Origin: Ruminococcaceae bacterium OttesenSCG-928-I18 | Lineage (GTDB): Bacteria > Bacillota > Clostridia > Oscillospirales > Ruminococcaceae | Direction of reading: 5' to 3' | NCBI GenBank assembly: GCA_030266325.1 | Contig: JAJDHT010000001.1 | Coordinates: 32,813 to 96,812 of the forward strand | Length of the DNA stretch: 64,000 nt | Part shown: positions 1 through 11,204 of the stretch, piece by piece | How positions within the stretch are numbered: the first letter of the stretch is position 1 | Layout: every line of letters begins with the position of its first letter | Position numbers and translations under genes: made by a program | Notes under the pieces: generated by a model | What the model was told of the DNA's origin: nothing | Database searches by the model: none | The model's input: the letters and a program-made list of their open reading frames with translations, nothing else

Positions 1-484
1 GGGATTTTGCCAGCGTCCACTCGCTGGAGAGCTTGCCGCCGTAGTAGGGCAGCCATTCTTCGCCCCGTCTTTCGGCCACCTCGTTCACGATGTCGGCGCA
101 GTACTGCGCCGCGTGGTGCTTCCAGAGTTTCGGCCAGGCGTGGGGTTCGTCCTTGTATTTTTCAAGCTTGCACAAGGGGGTGCCGTCGGCCTTTACGGGC
201 ATGACGGTACAGGAGGTGAAGTCGATGCCGATGCCCGCGATGTCCTCGGGCGAAACGCCGGCCTCGCTCACCGCGTTGTAGACGGTCTCACTCAGGCAGA
301 GCAGATAGTCGTCGGGGTCCTGCAGGGCCCAGTCCACCCCGAGTTTTTCGCCCGAGGGCAGCGCCTCTTCCAGCACGGCATGGGGGTACTCTTTCACACA
401 TTCCGCCAGCTCCCTGCCGTTTTCGTCGATGACCACCGCCCTCGCTGAGAGCGTCCCGAAATCCACACCCACCGCATACTTCAT
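1..484 (-). CDS. araB: FGGY-family sugar kinase, ribulokinase-like (N-terminal part; gene runs off the left edge)
   Basis: Absent from the ORF track because it is truncated. Reverse translation from the ATG at 484..482 gives MKYAVGVDFGTLSARAVVIDENG...GIDFTSCTVMPV...KLWKHHAAQ, as remembered for ribulokinase N-termini. Sits in a sugar-utilisation neighbourhood. Confidence 0.7.
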   Translation of the reverse strand, partial: MKYAVGVDFGTLSARAVVIDENGRELAECVKEYPHAVLEEALPSGEKLGVDWALQDPDDYLLCLSETVYNAVSEAGVSPEDIAGIGIDFTSCTVMPVKADGTPLCKLEKYKDEPHAWPKLWKHHAAQYCADIVNEVAERRGEEWLPYYGGKLSSEWTLAKS

Positions 485-519
485 TTTTCCTTCCACCTTT
501 CTGTGCTGTTTATCTTTGT

Positions 520-1800
520 TCAAACTTCTTCTGCCGCGGCAACGCCGAAATGCTCGAGCAACAGCTTCTCTGCCTGCGCGTTCCAAAGCCCCTCGTGGTT
601 TTTGCAGCTCTGTGCCAACCGCGCGAAAAGCGGCTGTTCCTCCCCCCGCTTTTCGAAGTCGTCAAGGGCCACGAGGGGCATTTCAATTTGAGTATAGATA
701 AGCTTTTTGCCGCCCGGGATATCGGGCAGGCGGCCCACCGTGTCCACGACGGCATCGAGGCCGCCGACGTGGGTCACCATGACGGCCGGGCGGATTTTCC
801 CTGCGGCGGCGAGGTCGATCGCGTCGCGCAGGTCCTGCGTGGTGCTGCCGGAGACCCCGACGAAATGGGTGCCCGCATAGTGGCAGTTGTACAGGTTCAG
901 CCGTGCGCTGAAGCTGCTGTCCAGCGGCCCCGCAAAAAAGTTGAGGCAGCCGTCCGGGGCCAGCAGGCGGTCCCCCAGTTCCACGAGCTCTTCCTTTGGG
1001 GCGTAGACAAAGACGTCGTCATAACCCCGCCCGCCCGAAAGGGAGAGCAGCGTCCCGTAGAGGTCCTGTGTCTCGCGGGGGTTCAGGTAGTGCAGCTCTA
1101 TCCCTTTTTGGGCCGCGCGCCCGGGTGGAATGACTCGCTTTGCCCGCGCCAGGCGCGCCGGGTCGATGTCGGTGACGACGACCAGCCTCGGTTTCTCCTC
1201 CAGGGCCAGCGGGTACTCGGTGGCCATGAGGCCCATGGGCCCGCAGCCACCCTCGATGAGCACACACCCCCCGGCTTTACTGCCCGGGCGGCGCCCATGG
1301 TTTCGCGCGGGGTCGGCGTGGTGGTTCACCCGGTAGCCCGCCATCACGCAGGAGACCGGCTCGCCAAGCGAGGCCTCGAAGTAACTTTCCCCCTCGTAAG
1401 CAAGCAGGTTGCCGCGTTCCATCACCTCTGCGGGCAAGACTGCATAGGTGCAATCGCCCCCGAAATAGGGGTAGGAGTAGCCCGGCGTGTAAGGGCATCG
1501 CTCGTAGTCGAGCTGGGGCTGCAGCGCGAACTTCTGGCCCGGCGAAAACTCGTTTTGCCAGCGCTCTCCCACCCGCAGGATGTCGCCCGAAAACTCGTGC
1601 CCGATGACGACGGGGTTGCGCCCCACGTCGGGCGGGCAACGCTTGTGCGCCTGGCCCTGTTTATAGAACTTGTAGGTGGACATACAGATGCTGTCCGTCA
1701 TCACCCTCACAAGGATCTCCTCCCGCCCGATGTCGGGCAGCGCGAACTCCTCGAGGCGGATGTCCCCCGCGCCGTAGAGGCGCACGGCTCTCGTCTTCAT
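520..1800 (-). CDS. Zn-dependent medium-chain dehydrogenase/reductase (sorbose-1-phosphate-reductase-like)
   Basis: 426 aa ORF. N-terminus MKTRAVRLYGAGDIRLEEF...GHEFSG is typical of the MDR/alcohol dehydrogenase fold. GAAAGGGA RBS before the ATG. Confidence 0.7.
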   Translation of the reverse strand: MKTRAVRLYGAGDIRLEEFALPDIGREEILVRVMTDSICMSTYKFYKQGQAHKRCPPDVGRNPVVIGHEFSGDILRVGERWQNEFSPGQKFALQPQLDYERCPYTPGYSYPYFGGDCTYAVLPAEVMERGNLLAYEGESYFEASLGEPVSCVMAGYRVNHHADPARNHGRRPGSKAGGCVLIEGGCGPMGLMATEYPLALEEKPRLVVVTDIDPARLARAKRVIPPGRAAQKGIELHYLNPRETQDLYGTLLSLSGGRGYDDVFVYAPKEELVELGDRLLAPDGCLNFFAGPLDSSFSARLNLYNCHYAGTHFVGVSGSTTQDLRDAIDLAAAGKIRPAVMVTHVGGLDAVVDTVGRLPDIPGGKKLIYTQIEMPLVALDDFEKRGEEQPLFARLAQSCKNHEGLWNAQAEKLLLEHFGVAAAEEV

Positions 1801-1812
1801 GGGTTTCCCTTT

Positions 1813-2691
1813 CTATTTGGCCGCCGGCACCTTGCCGGGCGACAACATCTTGCAGTATTGTTTGGGGGTGAGGGTCTTGTGGCGTTTAAACACCCGGATG
1901 AAATAACTGAGGTCGTTGAAACCGCAGTCGTAGGCCACCTCGGTGATGTTGCTTTCGCCCGCGGCAATGCGGGCGCAGGCGGCTTCGATACGGTGGTGGT
2001 TGAGATAATCGATGGGGGTGCGGCCGGTCATGCTGCGGAAAAAGTGGCAGAAGTATTTCGGTGTCATACCCGCGGTTTCGGCCAGTTCCTCGAGGGTGAT
2101 GCGCCCGCCGTACCCCTGTTCGATTCTGGCCAGCACCTGTTTTAACTGCTGTATCTTGCGAATGGCCCCGTGGCTCTGTGCGGGGTTCTCGGTGTAGTAG
2201 CCCTGCTCGTACACGATGCCGAAAAACTCCCACAGCAGCCCTTTGGCCAGCAGCTGGTAACCGTCCCTCTTTTGGGCCATCACCGAAAAGAGTTTTTCCA
2301 CCACCCGGGCAAGTTCGCCGTCCTTTGGCGGCAGGTGGGTGTCCACGAGGAGCTTGTGTTCGCCGAAGCGGCGCAGCAGGTGCCCCGCGGTACCCGCGCC
2401 CTCCAGCACGGCCGTGTCGAAGACGAGGCAGTCGTAAAGGCAGCCCTTCTCGGGGGTGCCCGCGTGCAGGCTGCCGCTGTTCACAAGCAGCACCTCACCC
2501 TGCCCCGCCACACCCGTGCTGTCGTCCACCATGTAGGAGAACCGGCCCTCGCGCACCCGGATGAGCTCGAGCTCCTGGTGCCAGTGGTAGGACATCTGGT
2601 AGCGCGGGTGCTGTTCGTCGATCTTGTACAGCTCCACGGGAAAATCGAAACTGCCCCGAGGCCGCGATTCTTTCAGGTCCAAAACCTGCAT
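1813..2691 (-). CDS. AraC-family transcriptional regulator
   Basis: C-terminal AraC HTH (ITLEELAETAGMTPKYFCHFFRSMTGRTPIDYLNHHRIEAA...GFNDLSYFIRVFKR) with an N-terminal cupin-like sensor. Start moved to the internal ATG (MQVLDLKE...), because the upstream extension in the track is AT-rich promoter DNA. Confidence 0.85.
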   Translation of the reverse strand: MQVLDLKESRPRGSFDFPVELYKIDEQHPRYQMSYHWHQELELIRVREGRFSYMVDDSTGVAGQGEVLLVNSGSLHAGTPEKGCLYDCLVFDTAVLEGAGTAGHLLRRFGEHKLLVDTHLPPKDGELARVVEKLFSVMAQKRDGYQLLAKGLLWEFFGIVYEQGYYTENPAQSHGAIRKIQQLKQVLARIEQGYGGRITLEELAETAGMTPKYFCHFFRSMTGRTPIDYLNHHRIEAACARIAAGESNITEVAYDCGFNDLSYFIRVFKRHKTLTPKQYCKMLSPGKVPAAK

Positions 2692-2879
2692 TTTATCACA
2701 CTTCCTGAATATTGTTCTATTTATTAGGAGTATACTACAAGTTTTATCCAGCTGGCAAGAGTATAATATTCGTGATGGTACTGATATTTGGGGAGAATTG
2801 ACCCTCTTATGCAAAACCTGACAATTGTACCAATTTATGCACATAAACTTTATGCAGAATACCAAAGGGAGGCAGACAC

Positions 2880-4673
<1,794 letters not shown>

Positions 4674-4732
4674 GCGGGGGAAGAAGCAGCGTTCCTTTTT
4701 ACTTCTTCCGCAACAGTGATATGCGCCCAAAA

Positions 4733-4764
4733 GGCACCACCTTACCCGGGTGGTGCCCTTTTTG
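4733..4764 (+). terminator. Intrinsic terminator after fucI
   Basis: GGCACCACC-7 nt-GGTGGTGCC stem followed by CTTTTTG. Confidence 0.7.
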
Positions 4765-4926
4765 TGCCTTTATTTTCGCACCGCGCAAACATCCACGCCG
4801 TTAAACGTCCCTGAATTTCCCTCACAGGTTTTCTTCTTCACTTTTCTTCCCTTGGCCTACCCAATCATGTATAATAAGTGTATGCCGCTTTTTGGCAGCA
4901 TGCCACCTGCGCAAGGGAGGACACCC

Positions 4927-5646
4927 ATGACCGAACTGATCCGCATCCCCGTCGGCATCGTCAATTGCTACCTGCTGCGGCTGGGGCACACCTCTGTTCT
5001 TGTGGACTGCGCAAACCCCGGCAGCGAGGAGAAGATCGTCGAAGCGCTGGGGCGCCACGGCCTCGCGCCGGACAACCTGCGGATGATCCTGCTGACGCAC
5101 AACCACCCCGACCACAGCGGCACGGCCGCGTGGTTTCGGGAACACTACGGCCTGCCCATCGCCATGCACCCCGAGGACATCGTGGTGGGGCCCTTGAAAC
5201 AGGAGGGGCTGGGTGGGCTGATTTTAGGCGCAGGCACGAAGCTTGTCATGGGGGGCACCCACGAAGTGCTGCCCGACATCGCCCTTGAGGGCGGGCAGAG
5301 CCTCAAAGAGTATGGGATCCCCGCGGACGTGCTGCACCTTCCAGGGCATACGGCGGGCTCGGTGGGCCTGTTGCTGGACGGGAGGCGCCTGGTCTGCGGA
5401 GACCTCTACATGAATTTTGTAGGGCCCCATCTCGCCTACATCGCCGAGGATTTCGACCGGATGCGAAACAGCGAGCGAAAACTGCTGGCAAGGCCCGTGG
5501 ATATCGTCTTTCCGGGGCACGGGCGGCCTTTCCGCTTCGCCCGGGTAACGGAAGAGGCCGAGGGGCGGGCGCGGACCAAAATGCCCCTGAAGCACCCCAA
5601 ACAAGCCGACTGTATGGACTGCCCCAACACACAGGGCAAGCCCTGA
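4927..5646 (+). CDS. MBL-fold metallo-hydrolase
   Basis: HNHPDH (HxHxDH) motif. Start set at the ATG preceded by GGGAGG (MTELIRIPVG...); the longer track ORF covers terminator/promoter DNA. Confidence 0.8.
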   Translation: MTELIRIPVGIVNCYLLRLGHTSVLVDCANPGSEEKIVEALGRHGLAPDNLRMILLTHNHPDHSGTAAWFREHYGLPIAMHPEDIVVGPLKQEGLGGLILGAGTKLVMGGTHEVLPDIALEGGQSLKEYGIPADVLHLPGHTAGSVGLLLDGRRLVCGDLYMNFVGPHLAYIAEDFDRMRNSERKLLARPVDIVFPGHGRPFRFARVTEEAEGRARTKMPLKHPKQADCMDCPNTQGKP

Positions 5647-5669
5647 CTCAGGGCCGTAGAGGAGGACCT

Positions 5670-6182
5670 ATGCTTAACATCCTGCGAGGTGACATCACTG
5701 CCTGCGAGGTGGACGCCATTGTCAATGCGGCCAACAACTCCCTGCTGGGCGGCGGGGGCGTGGACGGCGCCATCCACCGCGCCGCGGGGCCGAAGCTTTT
5801 GGAGGAGTGCCGCACACTGGGCGGCTGTGAGACGGGCCAGGCCAAGATCACGAGAGGATATGACCTGCCGGCGAAGTGGGTCATCCACGTCGTGGGCCCC
5901 GTTTGGCAGGGCGGCGGCCACAATGAGGAGGCTCTGCTGGCCTCCTGCTACAAAAACGCCCTGCGGCTGGCGGGGGAAAAGGGCCTCTCCCGCATCGCTT
6001 TCCCCTCGGTGAGCACCGGCGTGTACCGTTTTCCGCTCGAGCTTGCCGCTCCCATTGCCCTGCGCACCATTCTGGCGGAGAACAAAAAATGGGCGAGTCT
6101 TGAAGAGCTCTTTATGGTGTGCTTCAATGAGGCCACCGAGAGAGCATACAAAAACGCACATGTGATCCTGGAGGGAATATAA
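5670..6182 (+). CDS. Macro-domain protein (O-acetyl-ADP-ribose deacetylase, YmdB-like)
   Basis: GDIT...VDAIVNAANNSLLGGGGVDGAIHRAAG and FPSVSTGVY macro-domain signatures. GAGGAGG RBS. Confidence 0.85.
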   Translation: MLNILRGDITACEVDAIVNAANNSLLGGGGVDGAIHRAAGPKLLEECRTLGGCETGQAKITRGYDLPAKWVIHVVGPVWQGGGHNEEALLASCYKNALRLAGEKGLSRIAFPSVSTGVYRFPLELAAPIALRTILAENKKWASLEELFMVCFNEATERAYKNAHVILEGI

Positions 6183-6505
6183 TGGCTTCCTCTAAAGATT
6201 ATATTGACTACGTCTGTGAACAGCTGGCGGGCGCCGGGGAGATTCGTGCAAAAAAGATGTTCGGCGAGTGGGGCATCTACTGTGACGACAAGTTCTGTGC
6301 CTGTGTGTGCAACAACCAGCTTTTTGTAAAGATGACAAAGGCCGCCGAAGACGCCTGGCCCGACACCGAGACCGCCCCGCCTTACGAGGGGGCGCGCCCC
6401 TACTTTTTGCTGCCTGACGTTGAGGACCGTGATTTTCTTGCGGCGTTTCTGCGCACCACCTGCGCCGCCCTGCCCGAAAAGAAACCAAAAACGAAAAAGA
6501 AGTGA
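6182..6505 (+). CDS. TfoX/Sxy N-terminal-domain protein
   Basis: 107 aa, YIDYVCEQL...KKMFGEWGIYCDDKFCACVCNNQLFVK resembles the TfoX_N fold. The ATG overlaps the macro-domain gene's TAA by 1 nt. Confidence 0.65.
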   Translation: MASSKDYIDYVCEQLAGAGEIRAKKMFGEWGIYCDDKFCACVCNNQLFVKMTKAAEDAWPDTETAPPYEGARPYFLLPDVEDRDFLAAFLRTTCAALPEKKPKTKKK

Positions 6506-6518
6506 CGGGAGCCACCTT

Positions 6519-7391
6519 TTGCCAAACCTGACTGATCTCTCTTACATCCGCGCGCTATGCGAAAAATACGGTATCCGGCCGAGCAAAGGTTTCGGCCAGA
6601 ATTTTCTTGTCAACCCCGGCGTCTGCCCAAAACTCTGCGAGGCGGCGGGCATAGACCGTGATACCTGCGTTTTGGAGATCGGCCCCGGCATCGGCACCCT
6701 GACGCGGGAGTTGGCCCTGCGCGCCAAAAGGGTGCTGAGCGTCGAAATCGACAAGGGGCTGCTGCCGGTTTTGCACGAGACGCTCGCGGGGCTGGACAAT
6801 GTACAGATTGTGCAGGGGGACATCCTCAAAACCGACGCCCCAGCCCTGCTGCGGGAGGTTTTCGGCGAAGGGCCGGCGGTTCTCTGCGCCAATTTACCCT
6901 ACAACATCACAAGCCCGGTGCTTATGAAGCTGCTGGAAGGGCGCGTACCTCTCGAAAACCTCACGGTCATGGTGCAGCGGGAGGCGGCGCAGCGCCTGAC
7001 GGCCGAGACCGGCACGAGAGAGGCCGGAGCTGTCAGCTATGCGGTGCGGTATTACACGCAGCCCCGCTTTTGTTTTTCGGTAAAACCCGGCAGTTTTTAC
7101 CCCCCGCCCAAGGTGACGAGCGCCGTCATCCGGCTGGATGTGCGGAAGCAGACCGCCCTGCCCGCGGGCTCCTCGGCCGAAAAGCAGCTGTTTTCGCTGA
7201 TCCGCGCGGGGTTTTCGAAACGCCGCAAAACACTGGCCAACGCGGCGGGCGAGGAGATGGGGCTTTCGAAAGAGGCCATCACTGGGGCGCTGAGGCGCTG
7301 CGGCCTGCCCGAAAACGCCCGGCCCGAGGCACTCACATTGGAGGATTATCTGCGCCTTTTGAAAACACTTTATCCCACCGAGGTAGACTGA
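6519..7391 (+). CDS. rsmA: 16S rRNA (adenine1518/1519-N6)-dimethyltransferase
   Basis: GQNFLV motif and SAM-binding EIGPGIGTLT. TTG start chosen (GGGAG RBS 7 nt upstream), because the track's upstream extension overlaps the TfoX gene. Confidence 0.9.
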   Translation: MPNLTDLSYIRALCEKYGIRPSKGFGQNFLVNPGVCPKLCEAAGIDRDTCVLEIGPGIGTLTRELALRAKRVLSVEIDKGLLPVLHETLAGLDNVQIVQGDILKTDAPALLREVFGEGPAVLCANLPYNITSPVLMKLLEGRVPLENLTVMVQREAAQRLTAETGTREAGAVSYAVRYYTQPRFCFSVKPGSFYPPPKVTSAVIRLDVRKQTALPAGSSAEKQLFSLIRAGFSKRRKTLANAAGEEMGLSKEAITGALRRCGLPENARPEALTLEDYLRLLKTLYPTEVD

Positions 7392-9145
7392 TGCCGAAGA
7401 GAAAAAAACCATTTTGCCTGGCCGCTTTGGCGCTCTGCCTCGTCTTCCTTTTTTCCTCCTGCGGCTTTCGGGAGCTCATCGACCCCTATCTTCCTTTCGA
7501 GCTTCCCGGTGGCATGAAGGAGGAGGGAGATGCGCAAGAGACAGAACCACGCCGCACGATTGCGTTTTCAGAAATGGAGTACAGCCGCCCGGATGCGCAG
7601 GGGATGGTAACGCAGTTACAGGAATTCACGGAAAATATTGAACAAGCGAATACTTTTGACGAACTATGGGCGCTGGATGAGCAGGCCACCACACTCGTCG
7701 AACATTACATGACCATGAGCACCCTCGCGGAGATCCACCGGTATCTCGATACGGGCAATCCCTATTATCAGGAGGAACTCCGTTATTGCAAAGAGAATAC
7801 TGTCCGTATCTCCAACGCAGTCAACAGCCTGAACACGGCCATCGTGTCCAGCCGCTTTGCCGAGGAGTACGAAAAAAGGGTTGGCAGCTATGTTTATGCC
7901 TCTATACAGAACGAACTGCTCCTGAATTCCCCCGAGGTGGAGGGACTGAAAGAGGAAATTTCCCGCCTGCAAACGGACTACAATGAGGATCTCAGCACCC
8001 TGACCATCGAACACGAGGGCACCTCTTACACGATGGCCGACCTGCAGGAACTCGAGGACAGTCATCTCGCTTACACGCTGGAAACCCAATTTAACGAACA
8101 ACATGCCGACCATTTCTCCGAAATGTATATCCAGTTCATCGACCTGCAAAACCAAACGGCCCAAAAGCTCGGTTTTTCTTCCGCGGCCGAGATGTCCTAC
8201 CTCAGCTACAGCCGTGATTATACGCCCTCGCAGGCACTCGCTTTTTGCCAGCAGGTAAAAGAGGCCTTCGGCAACATGACGGAAAGCATTTTGCGCGCAT
8301 ACACGGGTACCGTCTCGGCCAGCGAAGAAGAGGTGCTGAAAATGATGCCCGGCGCCCTGAGGCGCATCAGCCCCCAAATGGTGGAGGCGTTCGAGTTTAT
8401 GCAGCAGTACGAGTTGTACGATTTCGGGGCGCGTACGGAAAAACAGAGCGGGATTGGCTTTACCGCCGATCTTTATTCCTACGACACCGCCTATATTTAT
8501 GGGTTTTGGACCAACGACCTGCGAAGTGTCACCACCCTGTTTCACGAGTTCGGGCATTTTTTCGAGAGCTGGCTTTCCTGGGACAGCGATATGGTCTTCA
8601 ACCTCGACCTGTCGGAAACCTATTCCCAGACGCTTGAGCTTTTGATGCAGCGTTTTTTCCCCGCCTTCGGCCAAGACACGGAGGCGATGGTGCTCTCCCA
8701 TCTGTCCGATTTCTCCCAGTCCATCACCTACCAGTGCCTTCTGGAGGAGATGCAGCTGCAGCTGTATGAGATGGAAAACCTCGACACAGAGACCATCAGC
8801 CGATTGTATACCGATTTATTGGTTGCGTACGGGTTTGGGTCATTCACCTATAGCGCCGCCGATAAGGACTGGGTACAGATCACCCACCTGTTCGACGCGC
8901 CCTTTTATACCATCAGTTATGCCACAAGCGCTTGCATTGCCTTACAGATCTGGGAAAAATCCACCCAAAACTGGAGGGAGGGCGCCGCGCTCTATATGCA
9001 GATGATTGAAACCGACCAAAACCAGCCCTTCCTGGAAATCGTAAAAAGTGTGGGGCTGCGCTCTCCCTTTTCCCCCTCTGCGCTTTTGGAAATTGCCGGG
9101 TTGTACCGGCAGATGTTCCACCTGCCCAGTGCGGAAGCGGCATAA
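7391..9145 (+). CDS. M3-family oligoendopeptidase with a lipoprotein signal peptide
   Basis: HEFGH zinc motif (TLFHEFGHFFESW). N-terminus MPKRKKPFCLAALALCLVFLFSSCG has a basic-hydrophobic-lipobox pattern. The ATG overlaps the rsmA TGA by 1 nt. Confidence 0.8.
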   Translation: MPKRKKPFCLAALALCLVFLFSSCGFRELIDPYLPFELPGGMKEEGDAQETEPRRTIAFSEMEYSRPDAQGMVTQLQEFTENIEQANTFDELWALDEQATTLVEHYMTMSTLAEIHRYLDTGNPYYQEELRYCKENTVRISNAVNSLNTAIVSSRFAEEYEKRVGSYVYASIQNELLLNSPEVEGLKEEISRLQTDYNEDLSTLTIEHEGTSYTMADLQELEDSHLAYTLETQFNEQHADHFSEMYIQFIDLQNQTAQKLGFSSAAEMSYLSYSRDYTPSQALAFCQQVKEAFGNMTESILRAYTGTVSASEEEVLKMMPGALRRISPQMVEAFEFMQQYELYDFGARTEKQSGIGFTADLYSYDTAYIYGFWTNDLRSVTTLFHEFGHFFESWLSWDSDMVFNLDLSETYSQTLELLMQRFFPAFGQDTEAMVLSHLSDFSQSITYQCLLEEMQLQLYEMENLDTETISRLYTDLLVAYGFGSFTYSAADKDWVQITHLFDAPFYTISYATSACIALQIWEKSTQNWREGAALYMQMIETDQNQPFLEIVKSVGLRSPFSPSALLEIAGLYRQMFHLPSAEAA

Positions 9146-9173
9146 AAAAAGCCGCCCAAAGGCGGCTTTTGCG
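9146..9173. terminator. Bidirectional intrinsic terminator (M3 peptidase / csp, convergent)
   Basis: AAAAAGCCGCC-CAAA-GGCGGCTTTTG, with an A-tract before and a T-tract after the stem. Confidence 0.8.
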
Positions 9174-9193
9174 CTAACTCTCAGACCGAACTC

Positions 9194-9406
9194 TTAGACG
9201 GGTTGGACATTGATTGCGCGCAGCTTTTCGCTGTTCTTGGGGTCCTGCTCTACGTCATAGGTGACATGCTGGCCCTCAGACAGAGTCTTGAAGCCGTCCA
9301 CCATGATGCTGGAGAAATGCACGAAGACATCGTCTCCACCTTCGTCGTTCGAGATGAACCCGTACCCTTTGCTTTCGTTGAACCATTTGACAGTACCTTT
9401 ATTCAT
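9194..9406 (-). CDS. cspA: Cold-shock protein (CspA family)
   Basis: [18 protein letters not shown]...DVFVHFS carries the RNP1/RNP2 motifs. AGGAGG lies 8 nt upstream of the ATG at 9406. Confidence 0.95.
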   Translation of the reverse strand: MNKGTVKWFNESKGYGFISNDEGGDDVFVHFSSIMVDGFKTLSEGQHVTYDVEQDPKNSEKLRAINVQPV

Positions 9407-9542
9407 CAAAGATACCTCCTAAAAAGATTAGCATTTCTCCTGCTGCGCACAAAAAAATCACACAGTGTTGTGAAGCCATGAAACGAACTCATGATTTACA
9501 ACAAGGTGTGAAATCAGGTCGTACATTCAAAACACTATAGGG

Positions 9543-9571
9543 ATTATAGCATCCCCAGACAAAAATGTAAA
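9543..9571 (-). promoter_or_regulatory. Sigma-A type promoter of csp, leaving a leader of roughly 130 nt
   Basis: Minus strand reads TTTACA-17 nt-TATAAT with TGC immediately upstream of the -10. Long csp leaders are usual. Confidence 0.55.
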
Positions 9572-9639
9572 GCGATTTTCGAAGAAATTTTGTGCATATT
9601 TCTAGTCATTATTCACAAACCATCATGAAGGAGGTCTCC

Positions 9640-9996
9640 ATGGAAACTCGAAAGATTTTAAAAAACATCGCGCTCGACACCCCGCTCATCCTGAAAGACG
9701 AAGTCCAGGTCATGCCCGGGCAGGTTGTCAGCAAAACCCTCGTGCAAAACGAGGGGGTGGGCATCACCCTCTTCGCCTTTGACAAGGGGGAAGAGATATC
9801 CACCCATGGCTCAAGCGGCGACGCGCTTGTCTACCTTTTGGAGGGAGAGGGCGAATTCACCGTGGGAGGAAAAAAACGCAAACTCACCGAAGGCGAGTGC
9901 CTGGTTATGCCGGCCGACATCCCCCATGCCGTCTTCGCGCCCGCCGCTTTCAAGATGCTGCTGGTTGTGGTCTTCCCGCAAAAGGGCACATCCTAA
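9640..9996 (+). CDS. Cupin-domain protein
   Basis: Small beta-barrel pattern ([21 protein letters not shown]...PADIPHAV). GAAGGAGG RBS before the internal ATG. Confidence 0.7.
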   Translation: METRKILKNIALDTPLILKDEVQVMPGQVVSKTLVQNEGVGITLFAFDKGEEISTHGSSGDALVYLLEGEGEFTVGGKKRKLTEGECLVMPADIPHAVFAPAAFKMLLVVVFPQKGTS

Positions 9997-10019
9997 CACG
10001 GGCAAAAGGAGACACTCAC

Positions 10020-10436
10020 ATGAAAACGTATCGAAAAGAACTGCATTTCAACCTGCCCACCCGGCGCGGCATTGTCAATATCACCCCTGAGGTGGAACGT
10101 GCCATCCTGGACAGCGGGGTGAAAGAGGGCCTTGTGCTGGTCAACGCCATGAACATCACGGCGAGCGTTTTTATCAACGACAACGAAAGCGGCCTGCACA
10201 ACGATTATGAGAAATGGCTGGAGGGACTGGCACCCGAAAAACCCTATAGCCAGTATGAACACAATGGCTTTGAGGACAACGCCGACGCCCACCTGAAGCG
10301 CACCATTATGGGCCGCGAAACCGTCGTAGCCATCACTGGGGGCCGGCTGGACTTCGGCACCTGGGAACAGATTTTCTACTATGAATTCGACGGCAAGCGC
10401 AACAAGCGTGTCCTTGTGAAAATCATTGGGGAGTAG
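10020..10436 (+). CDS. YjbQ/UPF0047 family protein (secondary thiamine-phosphate synthase-like)
   Basis: [25 protein letters not shown]...[10 protein letters not shown]...[13 protein letters not shown] matches the remembered YjbQ family. AAAGGAG RBS. Confidence 0.8.
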   Translation: MKTYRKELHFNLPTRRGIVNITPEVERAILDSGVKEGLVLVNAMNITASVFINDNESGLHNDYEKWLEGLAPEKPYSQYEHNGFEDNADAHLKRTIMGRETVVAITGGRLDFGTWEQIFYYEFDGKRNKRVLVKIIGE

Positions 10437-10525
10437 CCGGGCGCCGAGGGGATACGCTGCGGTTGCTCTATCTGTTTCAGGCTTCGACCATGCCTCCTGC
10501 CCTGCCCCACTGCCATAAAAAAACA

Positions 10526-10578
10526 CCCGGCCCCTTTCCCAAAACAGTAGACTGCACTGTTTTGGGAAAGGGGCCGGG
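10526..10578. terminator. Bidirectional terminator: 23-bp perfect hairpin
   Basis: CCCGGCCCCTTTCCCAAAACAGT-7 nt-ACTGTTTTGGGAAAGGGGCCGGG between convergent genes, preceded by an A-run. Confidence 0.7.
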
Positions 10579-10600
10579 TTCCGTTTGCTTTCGGGTATTC

Positions 10601-11164
10601 TCAGTCCTCTTTTCTTTCGTCCTCCGGCTCTTGCTCCGGCTGCTCTTCGTCTTCTTCATCGGGCTCGTCTGAGGGAACCATGACGATGTCAATCAGCTCA
10701 TACCCTTCCAGTTCGTCATGTTTGTCGATCCCGTCTATCTCTTCTTCCATGGCGGCTTCCTCCGCCGTGGCAGGCTTGTATGCCTTCTCTTCGGAGGTTG
10801 AAGCCTCTTCGGCATCCGCCGGCGCGGCAGTGTCGGAAGTGTCTTCCTCCCCCTGCGGCGTCTCGTCCGATTCAGATTTTTCCTCGTCTTCCTCGTCCTC
10901 TACGCCGGCGTCCCCTTGCAAAGCCCGGATCGATTCCTGCCGTGCCTTTTCCTCGGAGGAGTCTTCCTGCCCTTCCTCTTTCTTTTTCTTGGTTTTTTTC
11001 CAGATTTTACGCACGCGCAAAACCCCCAAAACCGCGAGCAGTACGGTGACGAGCACCAACAACCACTGTACACCCTCCCACTGGGAAAGGGGTACCTCCA
11101 TCAGCGCGCGGACATTTTGATAGGCCAGGAAAAAACAGAGGACCGCCAAAACAATATCAAACAT
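10601..11164 (-). CDS. Hypothetical membrane protein with a highly acidic C-terminal tail
   Basis: 187 aa. Two N-terminal hydrophobic helices, a KKTKKKKEE junction, then an E/D/S-rich tail. No family recognised. Confidence 0.55.
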   Translation of the reverse strand: MFDIVLAVLCFFLAYQNVRALMEVPLSQWEGVQWLLVLVTVLLAVLGVLRVRKIWKKTKKKKEEGQEDSSEEKARQESIRALQGDAGVEDEEDEEKSESDETPQGEEDTSDTAAPADAEEASTSEEKAYKPATAEEAAMEEEIDGIDKHDELEGYELIDIVMVPSDEPDEEDEEQPEQEPEDERKED

Positions 11165-11204
11165 TCTTTACCCCCAGAATTAAATGATCGCACCGGAAAC
11201 CCAC

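Noticed and set aside
5670-6182. DarTG-type toxin-antitoxin (macro-domain antitoxin)
   Set aside because: No DarT/DUF4433-like partner is present. The macro protein is the short YmdB type and its partner is a TfoX-N domain protein.
7070-7390. N-terminal extensions of track ORFs (also 2692..2865, 4750..4926, 6420..6518, 25713..25847, 45819..46031, 51404..51541, 52752..52964)
   Set aside because: The extensions overlap upstream genes or cover promoter/leader DNA. In each case an internal start with a proper RBS matches the canonical protein N-terminus.
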